A program made the position numbers and the translations under genes. Below the pieces are notes generated by a model, which worked only from the letters and a program-made list of their open reading frames with translations, was not told where the DNA came from and made no database searches. From NCBI GenBank assembly GCA_963677495.2, contig CAXXOU010000003.1, forward strand, positions 384,001-448,000: 64,000 nt of DNA, written 5' to 3'. This DNA is from Candidatus Cloacimonadales bacterium. GTDB lineage: Bacteria > Cloacimonadota > Cloacimonadia > Cloacimonadales > JAFGVF01. Each line of letters opens with the position of its first letter. Within the stretch, counting starts at the first letter, position 1. Below, one piece after another: positions 33,937-43,200 of the stretch.

Positions 33937-36482
33937 TATTCATCCATATCAAGTTCATCATCCAAGCCGATAAATACTTTCAACTTGTGAAGATACAGCT
34001 CAAAACCTTTCTTCTTTCTTACTCGACCGAAGTGTGTTTCAGAGTGCACTTCATTTTCAAGGATTTCATCTTCTAGTAAGAAAGTTCTCTCAACTTTAGA
34101 ACGATTCTTAACAATAGAGAGAATCTTTAAAGGATTGTATTTATTGAAGAAACTTGATTTATCGGATTGAGGACCATACTGTTTTGAATAGTAGTAGTAA
34201 CTATAATGATAATAATCTTGGTAAGTTTTATCAAATACTTCTTTAAGCATCGAGTTAGCAATAACTCCACCAATTTTTGTATCCAGTATTTGGATTTTTT
34301 TAAGTAGTTTTTTGCAGCTGATAGAAGTAGTAAACCCCATTTTAGAAGTAAGAAGAACACAATCCATTTCGTTAACAAGAACAGATGTTTCAGGGAAATA
34401 CATGGCAGCCGGTGTATCAATAATTATGATATCACAAACGGTTTTCAAGTCATTGATAATATCCTTAAATCTTTCACTATGGTAAAGATGAGCGACACTA
34501 GGAGGGCATTTACCTGTAGGTAATATCATTAAATTATCAATTCGTGTTTTCTGAATAACTTCATGAATTGCCATCTGTTCAGTCAACACTTCGGAAAAGC
34601 CGAAAGCTTTAGTTTGTTTGTAATATCTTGAGATTTGGGGATTATAGAAATCAGCATCAACTAAAAGAGTTTTAGTATTATTATTCGCCAAAGCTATCGC
34701 TAAATAGTTAGTAATGGTTGACTTTCCTTCTCCCTTGAGAGAACTAACCACAGCTATGGCATTGTTTCTTTTATTAAGAATTAGATACCTGAAGTTCAAC
34801 GCTATTTCATTAAAAACACTTCTTACAAGTTCCTGATTATGTACTTCATCATCTGTTTTCTTAGCAGTTTGTGCATCAAGTTTTAAAGGGTTAAATTTGA
34901 ATTTTGGTATTGTCCCAATTACCGGAATATTAGGATATACTTGCAGTAGCTTTTTGATGCTACTTATCTTATTGTCAAACCTGGTTAATAAGAAAACTAA
35001 TGCAACGCTAAGAGCTAGCCCAAAAGCGAATCCATTCAGAAGAGCCATAAAAAGTTTTCCCCCTAAATGATTTTTAGGGACTGTAGCTTCTTCTAGTTGA
35101 ACGATTCTGTTAAGATCTACGTTAGCACTCAATCTAACATTGTTTAGCTGATTTTGTAGGTTTGTAATAGTTAGAATTAGTGCGTTTTGCTCCCGTTGCT
35201 TTGATTTGAGAATCGAGTTTTCTTCAGGACTAAGCTCCATATCGTCAATAATCTTCCTCAGAGCATTACGCTTTTGCTTTAAAGATATTGCCTTAGTTTG
35301 GGATTCTACAAGTTTCTTTAGAATTTGCTGCTTAAGCGGATTTTGCCCGACACTTCTCATTTGAATACTTTCTTCAACACCTTCAGAAATGAGAGTTCTG
35401 ACATTGGTTATATTCTTTTTAAGACCAATGACTTTAGGGTGGTTCTCTCCGTAAATAGTTAAGGCTCTAGCCAGCTCAACTTCAAGATTCATTAGCTTAA
35501 TCTTCAAAGGTTCACTATATGTTGTCTCAGTTACGTATGTCGAATCTTCTTCATTTAGCTTATTACTTAACACTTTTATATTTGATTCTTCTGCTTCCAG
35601 ATCAACCTCAATAGAAGTAAGTGTACCTTTGAAACTATTCAATCTTTTCAGGTTATCATCAAGATTTTCCCCATAGTTTCTGAAATCATTTCTTGAATAC
35701 AGAGATTTGGTAAGCACATTCAGTGAGTCAAGATCATCCGTCTTTGCCCTAATCTGCGTTTCCAGGTAATCAATTGTTTTTGTAAGGTTTTTCCTTCTAA
35801 CATAGCTATCATAGTCTTTCAAAGCTGTGAAATAGCTATTTGCAACATCGGTAGCTAGTACCGGATCTAGTGAAGTTGAGGAGATAACTAAAATAGATTC
35901 ATTTGTAGATGAACTTGAGCATCTGATCATACCTCGTGCTGCTCTTTGAGAAACTCTTCCATTAAGGTTCTCCGCAACTAACTTTGCAACATCTGAAGAG
36001 TAAACAATTTCTACCCATGTTGCTATGTCCATTGAGTTTTTTACTATAGGCTTATTGTTGATTACCTTGAGCTCAATTGAGTCTTCCTGAATAAGAATTC
36101 TTGTACTAGTTTTGTATACAGGAATCTGTCTCGAGTGATAGACATATGCACCCACTAATCCAAGAATCGTAAAAGCCAGAATTATCCACTTGTTTCGATA
36201 AGCAACTTCCAGATATTCAATCAATGAGGGCTCACTATTTTCATTTGGATTTGAAATAAATCCTGACAATTTTGAGTCATCTTCTTCTCTAATTGGCTCT
36301 TGATCGTCTATCTTAGCATTAGATGTTTGTGAAACCTGAGTTTCGATTTGTGCTTCAGAGGAAAAAACACTTTGGGAATCTTCAGTAGTTTCATTGGAAT
36401 CATTTAAATCGAGATTATCTCTTTCTAAATCATTTTCCTTTTGCTTTCTTATTTCAGTTATTGAAAGCCGTCTTTTTGACAT
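33936..36482 (-). CDS. Wzc-like polysaccharide co-polymerase / BY tyrosine kinase
   Basis: Two TMs around a coiled-coil periplasmic domain (YGENHPKV); Walker A GEGKST, A' LLVDAD, B IIIDTP; Tyr cluster YQDYYHYSYYYY. Confidence 0.92.
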   Translation of the reverse strand: MSKRRLSITEIRKQKENDLERDNLDLNDSNETTEDSQSVFSSEAQIETQVSQTSNAKIDDQEPIREEDDSKLSGFISNPNENSEPSLIEYLEVAYRNKWIILAFTILGLVGAYVYHSRQIPVYKTSTRILIQEDSIELKVINNKPIVKNSMDIATWVEIVYSSDVAKLVAENLNGRVSQRAARGMIRCSSSSTNESILVISSTSLDPVLATDVANSYFTALKDYDSYVRRKNLTKTIDYLETQIRAKTDDLDSLNVLTKSLYSRNDFRNYGENLDDNLKRLNSFKGTLTSIEVDLEAEESNIKVLSNKLNEEDSTYVTETTYSEPLKIKLMNLEVELARALTIYGENHPKVIGLKKNITNVRTLISEGVEESIQMRSVGQNPLKQQILKKLVESQTKAISLKQKRNALRKIIDDMELSPEENSILKSKQREQNALILTITNLQNQLNNVRLSANVDLNRIVQLEEATVPKNHLGGKLFMALLNGFAFGLALSVALVFLLTRFDNKISSIKKLLQVYPNIPVIGTIPKFKFNPLKLDAQTAKKTDDEVHNQELVRSVFNEIALNFRYLILNKRNNAIAVVSSLKGEGKSTITNYLAIALANNNTKTLLVDADFYNPQISRYYKQTKAFGFSEVLTEQMAIHEVIQKTRIDNLMILPTGKCPPSVAHLYHSERFKDIINDLKTVCDIIIIDTPAAMYFPETSVLVNEMDCVLLTSKMGFTTSISCKKLLKKIQILDTKIGGVIANSMLKEVFDKTYQDYYHYSYYYYSKQYGPQSDKSSFFNKYNPLKILSIVKNRSKVERTFLLEDEILENEVHSETHFGRVRKKKGFELYLHKLKVFIGLDDELDMDE

Positions 36483-37321
36483 TACATTTCCCTACCATGA
36501 TAAGCTAAGTCAGTGAATACCATTTCCATCGTATCCTTATCAATTAGCTTTGCTTTCTCTGCAGAAGCAACATCCATTGCAATTTTACAAGCACGATTTA
36601 TTTCCCGCGGGATGCCTGAAGTCTTTCTATAGATAACTCTCAAAGCATCTGCTGTGAAAATTCTCTGCTTTGCACCAGATACCTTCAATCTATATTCAAC
36701 ATATGAGCTGGTATCATCTGAGCTCATATGGTTTAAGTGAAATCTCATCCCGATTCTTTGGTCAACCTGAGGAAGTTTTCTAATACTTTTCATGATAGCT
36801 GGTTGTCCAATGAGAATGAGTTTAATTGGGCAAAAATAGTTATAATTAATGTTAGTTAGGTCCTTTAAGAGATCCAAGTCTTTTGCTGAAATTTTCTGAG
36901 CCTCATCAAGAAATATATATATTAAACCTTTTGTGTACAGAAGTTCATCTTCAATGTACTTTTGCAACATTTTGAAAAGGTAATATCTTTTTTTTGGTAG
37001 TTTCATTGCATCTGTATCCAGAATCTGAGAAAGCACTTCTGTAAGTATCTCATTGTAAGTGAAAGATGTTGAGTCAATGTTAACAACTATATTGTTCATA
37101 TTACTTTTTTTAAGTTCAGAAATCAGTACCATCTTAGTTATCGTTTTACCGGTTCCGATCTCTCCGCTAAGTAATCCCAGATTCATGCTTTGAGAATTAA
37201 CCACATATTTAAGTCGCTCCAAAGCTTCATAATGGTCAGTACTTTTATAAAAGAATTTTGGGTTATTATTGTCCTCAAATGGTGGTTCATTAATATTCCA
37301 AAAGCTATAATAATCTATCAA
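36482..37321 (-). CDS. ExeA/GspA-family AAA ATPase
   Basis: N-terminal Y..FW.I.EPPF, GEIGTGKT, LDEAQ, LIGQP, SGIPREIN. Confidence 0.9.
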   Translation of the reverse strand: MIDYYSFWNINEPPFEDNNNPKFFYKSTDHYEALERLKYVVNSQSMNLGLLSGEIGTGKTITKMVLISELKKSNMNNIVVNIDSTSFTYNEILTEVLSQILDTDAMKLPKKRYYLFKMLQKYIEDELLYTKGLIYIFLDEAQKISAKDLDLLKDLTNINYNYFCPIKLILIGQPAIMKSIRKLPQVDQRIGMRFHLNHMSSDDTSSYVEYRLKVSGAKQRIFTADALRVIYRKTSGIPREINRACKIAMDVASAEKAKLIDKDTMEMVFTDLAYHGREM

Positions 37322-37329
37322 TATTACTC

Positions 37330-37989
37330 CTATTTTCTCTGGCTAATTTTTATTTCAACTCTTCTATTTTTATATCTATTCTCTTCACTATCGTTTGCAA
37401 CTAAAGGCTTGAACTCGCCATATCCCATTATCTGTAACTGATCAGCAGTGAAGTATCCGTTACGAATGAAGAATTTAACAATACTCAATGCTCTAGCAGT
37501 AGATAGCTCCCAATTTGAAGCATACTTATTATTGGCAATAGGTACGTTATCGGTATGACCTTCTATCCTAATTTGCCAGTTATCATCATCCTTAATAACA
37601 TTTTTAATTTCAATTGCTATTTTCATTAAAGTATCATGAGACAACCATCTAAGCTCAGCTTCTCCTGATTCAAAAAGTATCTCGCCCGGTACAGAAATCA
37701 CTTTTTCATTAATATCACCGTCAAGTTTGTTTTCAAGCGAGTCAACTATAGTCTGAGCAGCCTCAAGTTGTTTCTTCTGTTCCTCAGCTATTGTTTTCCA
37801 ACCAGTCTCAGTATCTCCAATCACGAAATAGAAAACAAAGAAGATGAGTAACAGAGTCATCATATCAGCATAAGGAACCAAAGCAGTATAGAATCCAGAG
37901 AAGTCATTATCAGGAGTGTTATTAGTACTCTCCTCAATCTCTTTAATGACTTGCTTCGATTTACCTTTAAAATCCTTAGTATTAAGCAT
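37330..37989 (-). CDS. motB: MotB/PomB-like stator subunit (TM with conserved Asp + OmpA-like PG-binding domain)
   Basis: VPYADMMTLLLIFF; ILFESGEA; IEGHTDN; SNWELSTARA; NRRVEI. Confidence 0.9.
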   Translation of the reverse strand: MLNTKDFKGKSKQVIKEIEESTNNTPDNDFSGFYTALVPYADMMTLLLIFFVFYFVIGDTETGWKTIAEEQKKQLEAAQTIVDSLENKLDGDINEKVISVPGEILFESGEAELRWLSHDTLMKIAIEIKNVIKDDDNWQIRIEGHTDNVPIANNKYASNWELSTARALSIVKFFIRNGYFTADQLQIMGYGEFKPLVANDSEENRYKNRRVEIKISQRK

Positions 37990-38719
37990 AGATCTTTGTT
38001 AATTCTGTTCTGATAATTTCAGAGTTGCGCTTTTCAATAACACCTGATATACCTTGAATAATAATTTCTCTAGAAATAAACTCATGCTCCGAGCGTGAAG
38101 ATATTTTACCTGCTATCGGTCTAAATATTACAACTGACAAAACTAGACCATATAGTGTAGTAACGAGTGCAAGACTCATTGCTTGCGGGATAACAGCTGG
38201 ATCAGCAATATTGCCAAGCATAGCAATCAATCCAATCACAGTACCAATCATGCCAAACATCGGAGATATATTACTCGCTACACTAAAAATCTTTGCTGCA
38301 CGTAATCCTGATCTCAGAATCGATCTACTCTCAGATTCGAGAAATTCCGAAATCCTTTCTTTAGGTATATTATCTGCTAACATAGTAATAGTTGTCAATA
38401 GAAAAGGAATGTTTTGAACTTCGTCGTATCCTTGTATCTCGATAAAGCTAAGAGTTCTGGAGTCTTTACTAACACCAACCATAATGTCTACCATATCATC
38501 ATGTGTTGTAGGTGGTGTGAAGTAAACTGAGCTCAAAGTCTTTAATGAATCCTGAAGATTAGAAATGGAGTAAGTTGCTAATAAAGCTGCAATTGTTCCT
38601 CCAAGAGTAACCAATAATGCAATAGGATCAAAGTATTCTATTAAAGTTCCTTTCGCACTAATAGCTATGAGAATTATTGCAACACTTAGTATGATACCGA
38701 TTAATGTACTTATTTTCAT
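37982..38719 (-). CDS. motA: MotA/PomA-like stator subunit
   Basis: VTLGGT, PMFGMIGTVIGL, ALVTTLYG, PIAGK; flagellar-type cytoplasmic domain with R88. Confidence 0.9.
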   Translation of the reverse strand: MKISTLIGIILSVAIILIAISAKGTLIEYFDPIALLVTLGGTIAALLATYSISNLQDSLKTLSSVYFTPPTTHDDMVDIMVGVSKDSRTLSFIEIQGYDEVQNIPFLLTTITMLADNIPKERISEFLESESRSILRSGLRAAKIFSVASNISPMFGMIGTVIGLIAMLGNIADPAVIPQAMSLALVTTLYGLVLSVVIFRPIAGKISSRSEHEFISREIIIQGISGVIEKRNSEIIRTELTKIYA

Positions 38720-38728
38720 GCTAATCCT

Positions 38729-40108
38729 TTAAAAACTTAGTATTTGACGAATCTTTCTTAATGAATAGTTAAGGATTGTATTTTTCTCTTTCTTGCTCAA
38801 CTCACCGTAAGATTCAATATCTTCTTTAATAATCATTATTGCTCGTTCTGATAGCTGTGAATAGAATTTACTCTTAATCTTAGAGTTCACGCTTGCAAGA
38901 AACTTCACGAGTTCTAGGTGGGTTAATTCAAGAGAAATCTGTTCAATCTGGACATTAGAAAGCACAAGGATATCTTCCAAAAGGAAAACTTTATCTGATA
39001 TTTCTTTAGCCTTGTATGAATCCACAAGCTGAATTGAATCGTAAAGATTCTGTGAAACTTCAAAATTGGAATTGTTAATTATTTTTGCGAGAAGTCCAAC
39101 ACCTTCGAGTTGAATGGCTTCCTTCTCCATTACTTCTAGATATTTGTTATAAAGACCTACAACCAATATTTTTAGGTCCAGTTTGAGCTTTGTTTGGTTT
39201 GAAAGCATAGCCTGAATAATCTGGTTGCGATTCTTAGTAACATGTTGGAAAAAGTTACCAGCTTTTGAAGGAGATATTTGGGAAAGAATAAATGCAATAT
39301 CTTCAGGAGTTTCCTCTTCAAGTATTTCTGCCATGTTTTCATCTGAAAGTTCTTCTAAAAAATCAAATCTTGTAGGCATAGCATCGTCTTCTTCATCTTT
39401 TAAAACTCTGACTTTTAAGGGTTCAAGAGGAACTTTGGGGTGTGAACTTTCGACCTGAGCTGTTTGAATAACATCAGGCATCTTAGCACTGCTTATAGCT
39501 TCTATGTTTGATACTTTTATCTTTCTCATCGATTTTGCAATGATTCTCATTCCGGATCTAATGTTATTTAGTAAAAGGAACATTAAGAAAATTACAATGA
39601 TAAAGAAATATAGTTGATAATTGTTTGCTTTAGGTTTACTCATTTCAGCGAGCATAGCCTCAGTTTTAATATCTAAAATATCGCCCTGAACTTCATTGAT
39701 TGTTATAATATCTCTAATCTCATTCTCAAGGAAAATTATCAATGTTTGAGATGTTTTAAGAGGTACTTTCACACTAATCTTCTTTCTTAATATCTCGGTA
39801 GGAATCACATCTTTAAGATCAGTTTCAACAATCTTGTTATCTGTCTTACCAACCGGTAAACCGGGTAAACTCATACTTGGATCATACTTAAAGTCAGATG
39901 ATTTAGCTTCGAATAGATTGTATTTCAAGTCTAAATCAACACCAACGATGCATTCACCAACAAATGGCTTAACAATATCTTCAATTCGGTTAGCAAGCTC
40001 ATTTTCAGCTTTTAACTCAGCAAGCGAACTGGTTGCTTCAGAGTTAAGATTTGCAAAAATGAACAAGATAGAAAAAATCAACAGAAGCAGTTTAATTTTT
40101 CTTATCAT
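38729..40108 (-). CDS. FliF ring-building-motif / FliG middle + C-terminal domain fusion protein
   Basis: N-terminal hydrophobic segment; RBM3-like ENELANRIEDIVKPFVG..VDLDL...LPG...RKKISV...QGDILDI; one TM; FliG-M FDFLEELSDE...EETPEDIAFILS; FliG-C EISDKVFLLEDI...QLSERAIMIIKEDIESYG. Confidence 0.8.
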   Translation of the reverse strand: MIRKIKLLLLIFSILFIFANLNSEATSSLAELKAENELANRIEDIVKPFVGECIVGVDLDLKYNLFEAKSSDFKYDPSMSLPGLPVGKTDNKIVETDLKDVIPTEILRKKISVKVPLKTSQTLIIFLENEIRDIITINEVQGDILDIKTEAMLAEMSKPKANNYQLYFFIIVIFLMFLLLNNIRSGMRIIAKSMRKIKVSNIEAISSAKMPDVIQTAQVESSHPKVPLEPLKVRVLKDEEDDAMPTRFDFLEELSDENMAEILEEETPEDIAFILSQISPSKAGNFFQHVTKNRNQIIQAMLSNQTKLKLDLKILVVGLYNKYLEVMEKEAIQLEGVGLLAKIINNSNFEVSQNLYDSIQLVDSYKAKEISDKVFLLEDILVLSNVQIEQISLELTHLELVKFLASVNSKIKSKFYSQLSERAIMIIKEDIESYGELSKKEKNTILNYSLRKIRQILSF

Positions 40109-40231
40109 CTATTCCTCCATATCTTGTATGTATTTATATCTACATGAGAAACTAGGCAAGTAAAAATTTATAATTTTTTTGTTTGACTTCACAAAAAACC
40201 CCAGCTATTAATGCAGTGATAAGGAGCGATC
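40109..40231. promoter_or_regulatory. Divergent promoter region between the motor operon and the adhesin operon
   Basis: 123-bp gap. Plus strand TTGACT-N17-TATTAA (40183-40211); minus strand TTGCCT...ATAAAT; RBSs GGGAG and AAGGAG. Confidence 0.5.
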
Positions 40232-43200
40232 ATGTATTATAAACATACCCAAAAGACTCGTATATTAACAATATTCGTGTTATTTACGTCCCTAACTAGC
40301 CTTGTTGCAGTGATTTCTTTTAACACTTCTATTTGGAACGGTAATCATTATATTTCCGGTGAAACCTCATTTGATTATTTTTCTTATGAAGTGCAGAACG
40401 GAGATGTTAATGGTGATGGGATAGCTGATTTAATCTGCTCTGCACCCTATTCTGACTATCAGGGACGCAACTCTTCTGGTACTGTATATGTTTTTTACGG
40501 TATTTCAATTCAGCAAAACTATCAATACATTGACCTATCATCTGAGAATGCTGATGTCACAATTGTAGGTGCAAATAGCAATGATCAGTTAGGAAAATCC
40601 CTTGGAATTGGGCAAGTGAATGCAGACCTGTATGATGATATTGTTATCGGCGCTCCTTATGCTAGTTCAGATACAGTTCAACAAGTAGGTAAAGTCTTTG
40701 TCATAAGTGGTAGTAATCAGCTACCCGCGTTTATTGACCTTGCAACATACCCCGCTCAGACCTTTGAAGCTAATAACCCAAACGACCTTTTTGGCTCTAC
40801 TCTCAATCTCGTCGACCTTAACGGTGATTTAAGGCAGGAGATTGTTATTGGTGCTCCAAATGCTGATCGAGATATTGCTAATAACTGTGGTAAAACTTAT
40901 ATATTATGGAGTACAGTTACTTATCCTCTTATTAACAATATCAATGACTTATCTGATATAACAATCTTTTCCGGTCTTAATACAAATGATTTATCAGCAA
41001 CCACTTTCAGTAGTGGAAACGTTAATAACGACTCATATCAAGATCTATTGATAGCTGCACCTGGTTATGATAATGATCTTTATAACAACAGTGGTGCTAT
41101 CTATATTATAACTGGTAGATCATCGATTCCATTTCAAGAGTTTCAATTAGATAATAGTACTTATGTAACATCAACTATCAAAGGTGCAGAACAAAATGCC
41201 CAATTAGGATTATCACTTGCTTGTGGTGACTTTAATGATGACAATAATGATGATATTATTGTATCGAACTTTTGTACTGATAATGAAACAGGCAGTCTGT
41301 ATATGTATTTTGGTAGTAACTCCATACCTAATGAGTTTCAGTTAACTGAACAGAATTCCAACTTTGTAGTTTTAGGAACTGAAACTGATAACAGTTTTGG
41401 TAGTAATTTATTGATAGAAGATCTTAACAATGACCAGATTAGTGATTTAATAATTTGCACACCTGATGCTACCACATCTAATGGAGCTTTGAGTGGTAAA
41501 GTCCAAGTTCTTTATGGGCTTAGCAGCCCACCTGTTGTTATAGATTTCAATGAAAGCACTCCTGATGAAGTATATCTTGGAGCATCAAGTGATGACCTTT
41601 TCGGCACTTCTGTTACTATTTTTGATTTCAATAGTGATAACAAATTAGACATCTCTATTGCTGCACCACAAGGTCATAGTAATCGAGGAGCAGTTACCAC
41701 AGTTTACGGTGGGTTACCTTTATTCAGCAATCCAAACCCGGTAGATGAGGCAAGTGATGTTGATATTTCACAATCTGTGTCTTTCACTTTGTATGATGAT
41801 GAAGGCATAGACCTTAACTCTTTAGGTGTTACAATTGCAGGCACTTTCTATGATTTAAACAACCCTAACCTCTCTTATGCCGGGGAAGCCACAAATTATC
41901 GAATCGCGGTTACTCCACAGCAATATTTCGGATATAATCAAATTATTGATGTAACTGTAACAGCTACTGATAATGATGGATATTTGATTCCAACAACAGC
42001 TTACAGATTCTATACAAGACAAGACACAGATCCTCCATATACAAACACATGGATACCATCACCGGGAGATACTGATGTATCAGTTGATACAAACATAAGC
42101 TTCCATATTCTTGACTTGGGTGAGGGTGTCGATTTGACGACTATTGAAGTGAATGTTAATGGTGAGATCTACTATAATGGTGATCCAGGATTTAGTTATA
42201 GTGGAAGTTCCAATGACTATTATATAGAGATTGATCCAGCAAACAATTTTGGGTTCGAGCAAGTTGTTAATGTTCTTATTAACGCTTCTGATCTGGCCGA
42301 GAATCCCAATGCCATGAGCACTTTTGCCTATTCCTTCCAATGTTCACAAGATCTTGCTTCCCCTAGCTTGCTCTATATAGACCCATCGAGCCAAGAAGTA
42401 GTTGCTAGAAATCATCCCATAACAATTGAAGTTGTAGACCCGGAATCAGGTTTAGATCTATCATCTCTAGTTCTGACATTGGATGGTTCTTCTATTATTG
42501 AACAATGTGAGATTACACAGATACAGCAAAATAATGGTTATCGCTTCTACTGGAACCCGGTTCCTGACAATCTATACTCTCTAGGAGAGCATTCAATAGA
42601 GTTATATATTCAGGATAATTCCGCTAATTCCAATGCGATTGATACACTCTCAGTGTTCACGGTAGAGGCTGATTTAGAAGCTCCATATACTATCAATCAC
42701 ATTCCTGAGAAATTCAGTTTAGATAATCCAGAGAATACACATTTTAGTGTAGATATTCTTGATATTCTTTCAGGAGTTGATTTGGAGTCAGTATCGATAA
42801 ACATTAATGATTCTGAAATAATAGATTTACCAGAAACTGATGTAGTAATTATTCCAAATGGTTATAGGATTACTTACACACCATCAAACTATTTCAGTGA
42901 TATTGTAACTATTCAGATTTCTGCAACTGATTTGAATACTCCTCCTAACTTAATGCCTTTAGAGGAGTATACTTTCACATGTATACAAGATTTAGTTGCT
43001 CCCTATATTGCTGCTGCAGCTCCATCAGATCAGGAGCTGAATGTTCCACAGGATACAGATGTTTCTCTATCGCTTAGAGATGATTTGACAGGTGTAAATC
43101 CTGAATCTATACAACTATTTATTGATAGCGAAGAAGTTACAGATAATATAATTATAACTGAGTTATCTGATCAGATCGATCTTTTGTATAATCCCGATGA

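Noticed and set aside
37330..38719. Zorya (ZorAB) anti-phage system or ExbBD/TolQR
   Set aside because: MotA lacks the long ZorA tail, no ZorC/D/E is present, MotB has an OmpA-type domain unlike ExbD/TolR, and a FliG-domain gene is adjacent.
37330..40108. Ordinary flagellar operon or its decayed remnant
   Set aside because: No other flagellar genes are in the window, the ORFs are intact and coupled to non-flagellar genes, and FliG is fused to a membrane/periplasmic domain. A whole-genome check is still needed.
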